A stretch of DNA of 34,696 nucleotides. It comes from Perkinsus chesapeaki ATCC PRA-425. Its lineage: Eukaryota > Protista > Perkinsozoa. Shown in pieces: positions 33,506 through 34,696 of the stretch. The position numbers and the translations under genes were made by a program. Within the stretch, counting starts at the first letter, position 1. Each line of letters starts with the position of its first letter. The stretch spans positions 1 through 34,696 of the forward strand of contig JAAPAO010000376.1 of the NCBI GenBank assembly GCA_013115145.1, given 5' to 3'. The notes under the pieces are model-generated. The model saw only the letters and a list, made by a program, of their open reading frames with translations, searched no databases and was not told where the DNA came from.

Positions 33506-34673
33506 ATGGTTGTCTTTTCTAGCAAACACTGGAGGAATCTTACCAACACGGTAGTAGCGGGTGGTTGGGTAACAGCGGCGCATTTAGTGGAGTTTGCCGT
33601 GGTGTCGTGGACTCTCTCACCCATTAGACTTGGCTTAGACTTTGTAATGGTGCACAGTGGAATAAGTCAGGTCATGGGGGTACAGGCCATCACTTCTGAT
33701 CCGTTGGAAAGCAGGAGGAAGCAGCTGGCGGACTACACAGGACGCGTTCAAGTAGACCTAAGCGACAGCGATGGGTCTGGTGGGGGTACCGTTTCTTGGT
33801 TAGGCTCTTCACCAGCATATAGTTCGATTGCTCTCCATCACAGATCAGCTCATTCAGAGCCACGATGATTTAATTAAGGATATGAATCTTATAATGGGAT
33901 GTTCCTCTACAGAGGATGTTACAAAGGAGCAGAAGGCTCCCAGTGATGAGGTCGGTGTTTGGGAGCTTGAAAGGGAATGGTGGGAGTATCGGCTGAAGAT
34001 GAGGAAAGGAGAAACCTTGATCTTTCAGAACGCTCGAGCAATATCCCTCTTCGAGGATCGGCTGGGCGAGTTCAATAAGATGGCGCGTGACGCGAGACCA
34101 CAATTAGAGAAAGCCAGAAATGAGGCGCAAGAATTAGTGCGGCGTACCGGTGACCTTCAAGAGAAGCTGAAGAGTCGCGACCGTGCCTACGAGGAGCTGA
34201 ATCATTATAATCAGAAGGTCACCGATCTCAAAGCAGAGATGGCCAAGAAATCAAAGCCTGATGTGAAGGAGCAAGAACGGCTGGATCGAGTAGGAAATGT
34301 CAATGATTATTGTGGAGATTCAGTCGTTGATAGAACGTTGATAAGCATCGTATAGCGCAGGAGAACTTCACCAAGTTGGACGGGGAAGTCCGAAGCGAAA
34401 TGGCGGTAGTTGTGGATAGTAAGGTGGTGGATATCGCTAGGGTGGTGGCTGAGGTAAGCCACGAAGGGAATCATTGACGTTACATTGCTGTTGTTGTATT
34501 AGTATTCTCGGTACCTTGGAACTGTGGGCTCGGCTGGAGTGAAGGATAACAACGTATTTAGGCAGGATATACCCAATATGGTCAAGGACTCGGCAGCGAA
34601 AGAGAATATTGCCGAAGGGAATGCCAATGAGGGCAATGCAGCAGCTTATCCCCACCTGCCGCCCCCTTCTTAA
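33506..34673 (+). CDS. N-BAR-like protein, paralog E
   Basis: MVVFSSKHWRNLTNT|VMGVQAITSDPLESRRKQLADYTGRVQ|ALHQHI...|NARAISLFEDRL...KSRDRAYEELNHYNQKVTDL...RLDR|NVDKHRIAQENF...VVAE|YSRYLG...QDIPNMV...PHLPPPS*. Confidence 0.78.
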
Positions 34674-34696
34674 TTATTCTACTAGCCACAGTGCAG

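Noticed and set aside
33551-34028. Stop-free, in-frame introns in BAR paralog E (33551-33670 and 33951-34028) that could be retained
   Set aside because: Their positions match introns in paralogs A and B. Stop-free 3n introns are expected by chance among many short introns and also occur in DRG1, ZC3H15 and paralog A.
1-34696. tRNA, rRNA, CRISPR arrays, transposase or reverse transcriptase genes
   Set aside because: No cloverleaf or box A/B pairs, rRNA signatures, repeat-spacer periodicity or RT/integrase/transposase motifs were found by eye.

Overview
Intron-rich, gene-dense eukaryotic nuclear DNA. Short GT-AG introns (mostly about 30-70 nt), 100-300 bp intergenic gaps and the gene content suggest an alveolate such as Perkinsus; this is an inference and was not database-checked. 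The six-frame ORF track only catches exon fragments, so gene models were spliced by hand and exon boundaries are approximate. About 22 protein-coding loci are present. Recognisable genes are ZC3H15/DFRP1, DRG1, a nitronate monooxygenase-family enzyme ending in SKL, RPN11, CCDC25, a Derlin, VPS29, an FRG1-like protein, ALKBH4, axonemal dynein intermediate chain DNAI1, an RluA-family pseudouridine synthase and an ANP32-like LRR protein. Several hypothetical genes are also present. Main points of interest: (1) a tandem array of five highly diverged N-BAR-like paralogs at 27.2-34.7 kb with shared intron positions, one of which has lost the BAR tip region; (2) the DRG1 GTPase gene lies directly upstream of its cognate partner ZC3H15/DFRP1, which here lacks its first zinc finger; (3) an FRG1-like protein with a replaced central domain; (4) an intergenic cluster of odd-length palindromes at 400-800; (5) a BBS8-like TPR fragment inside an intron. 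No tRNA, rRNA, CRISPR array or intact mobile element could be supported.
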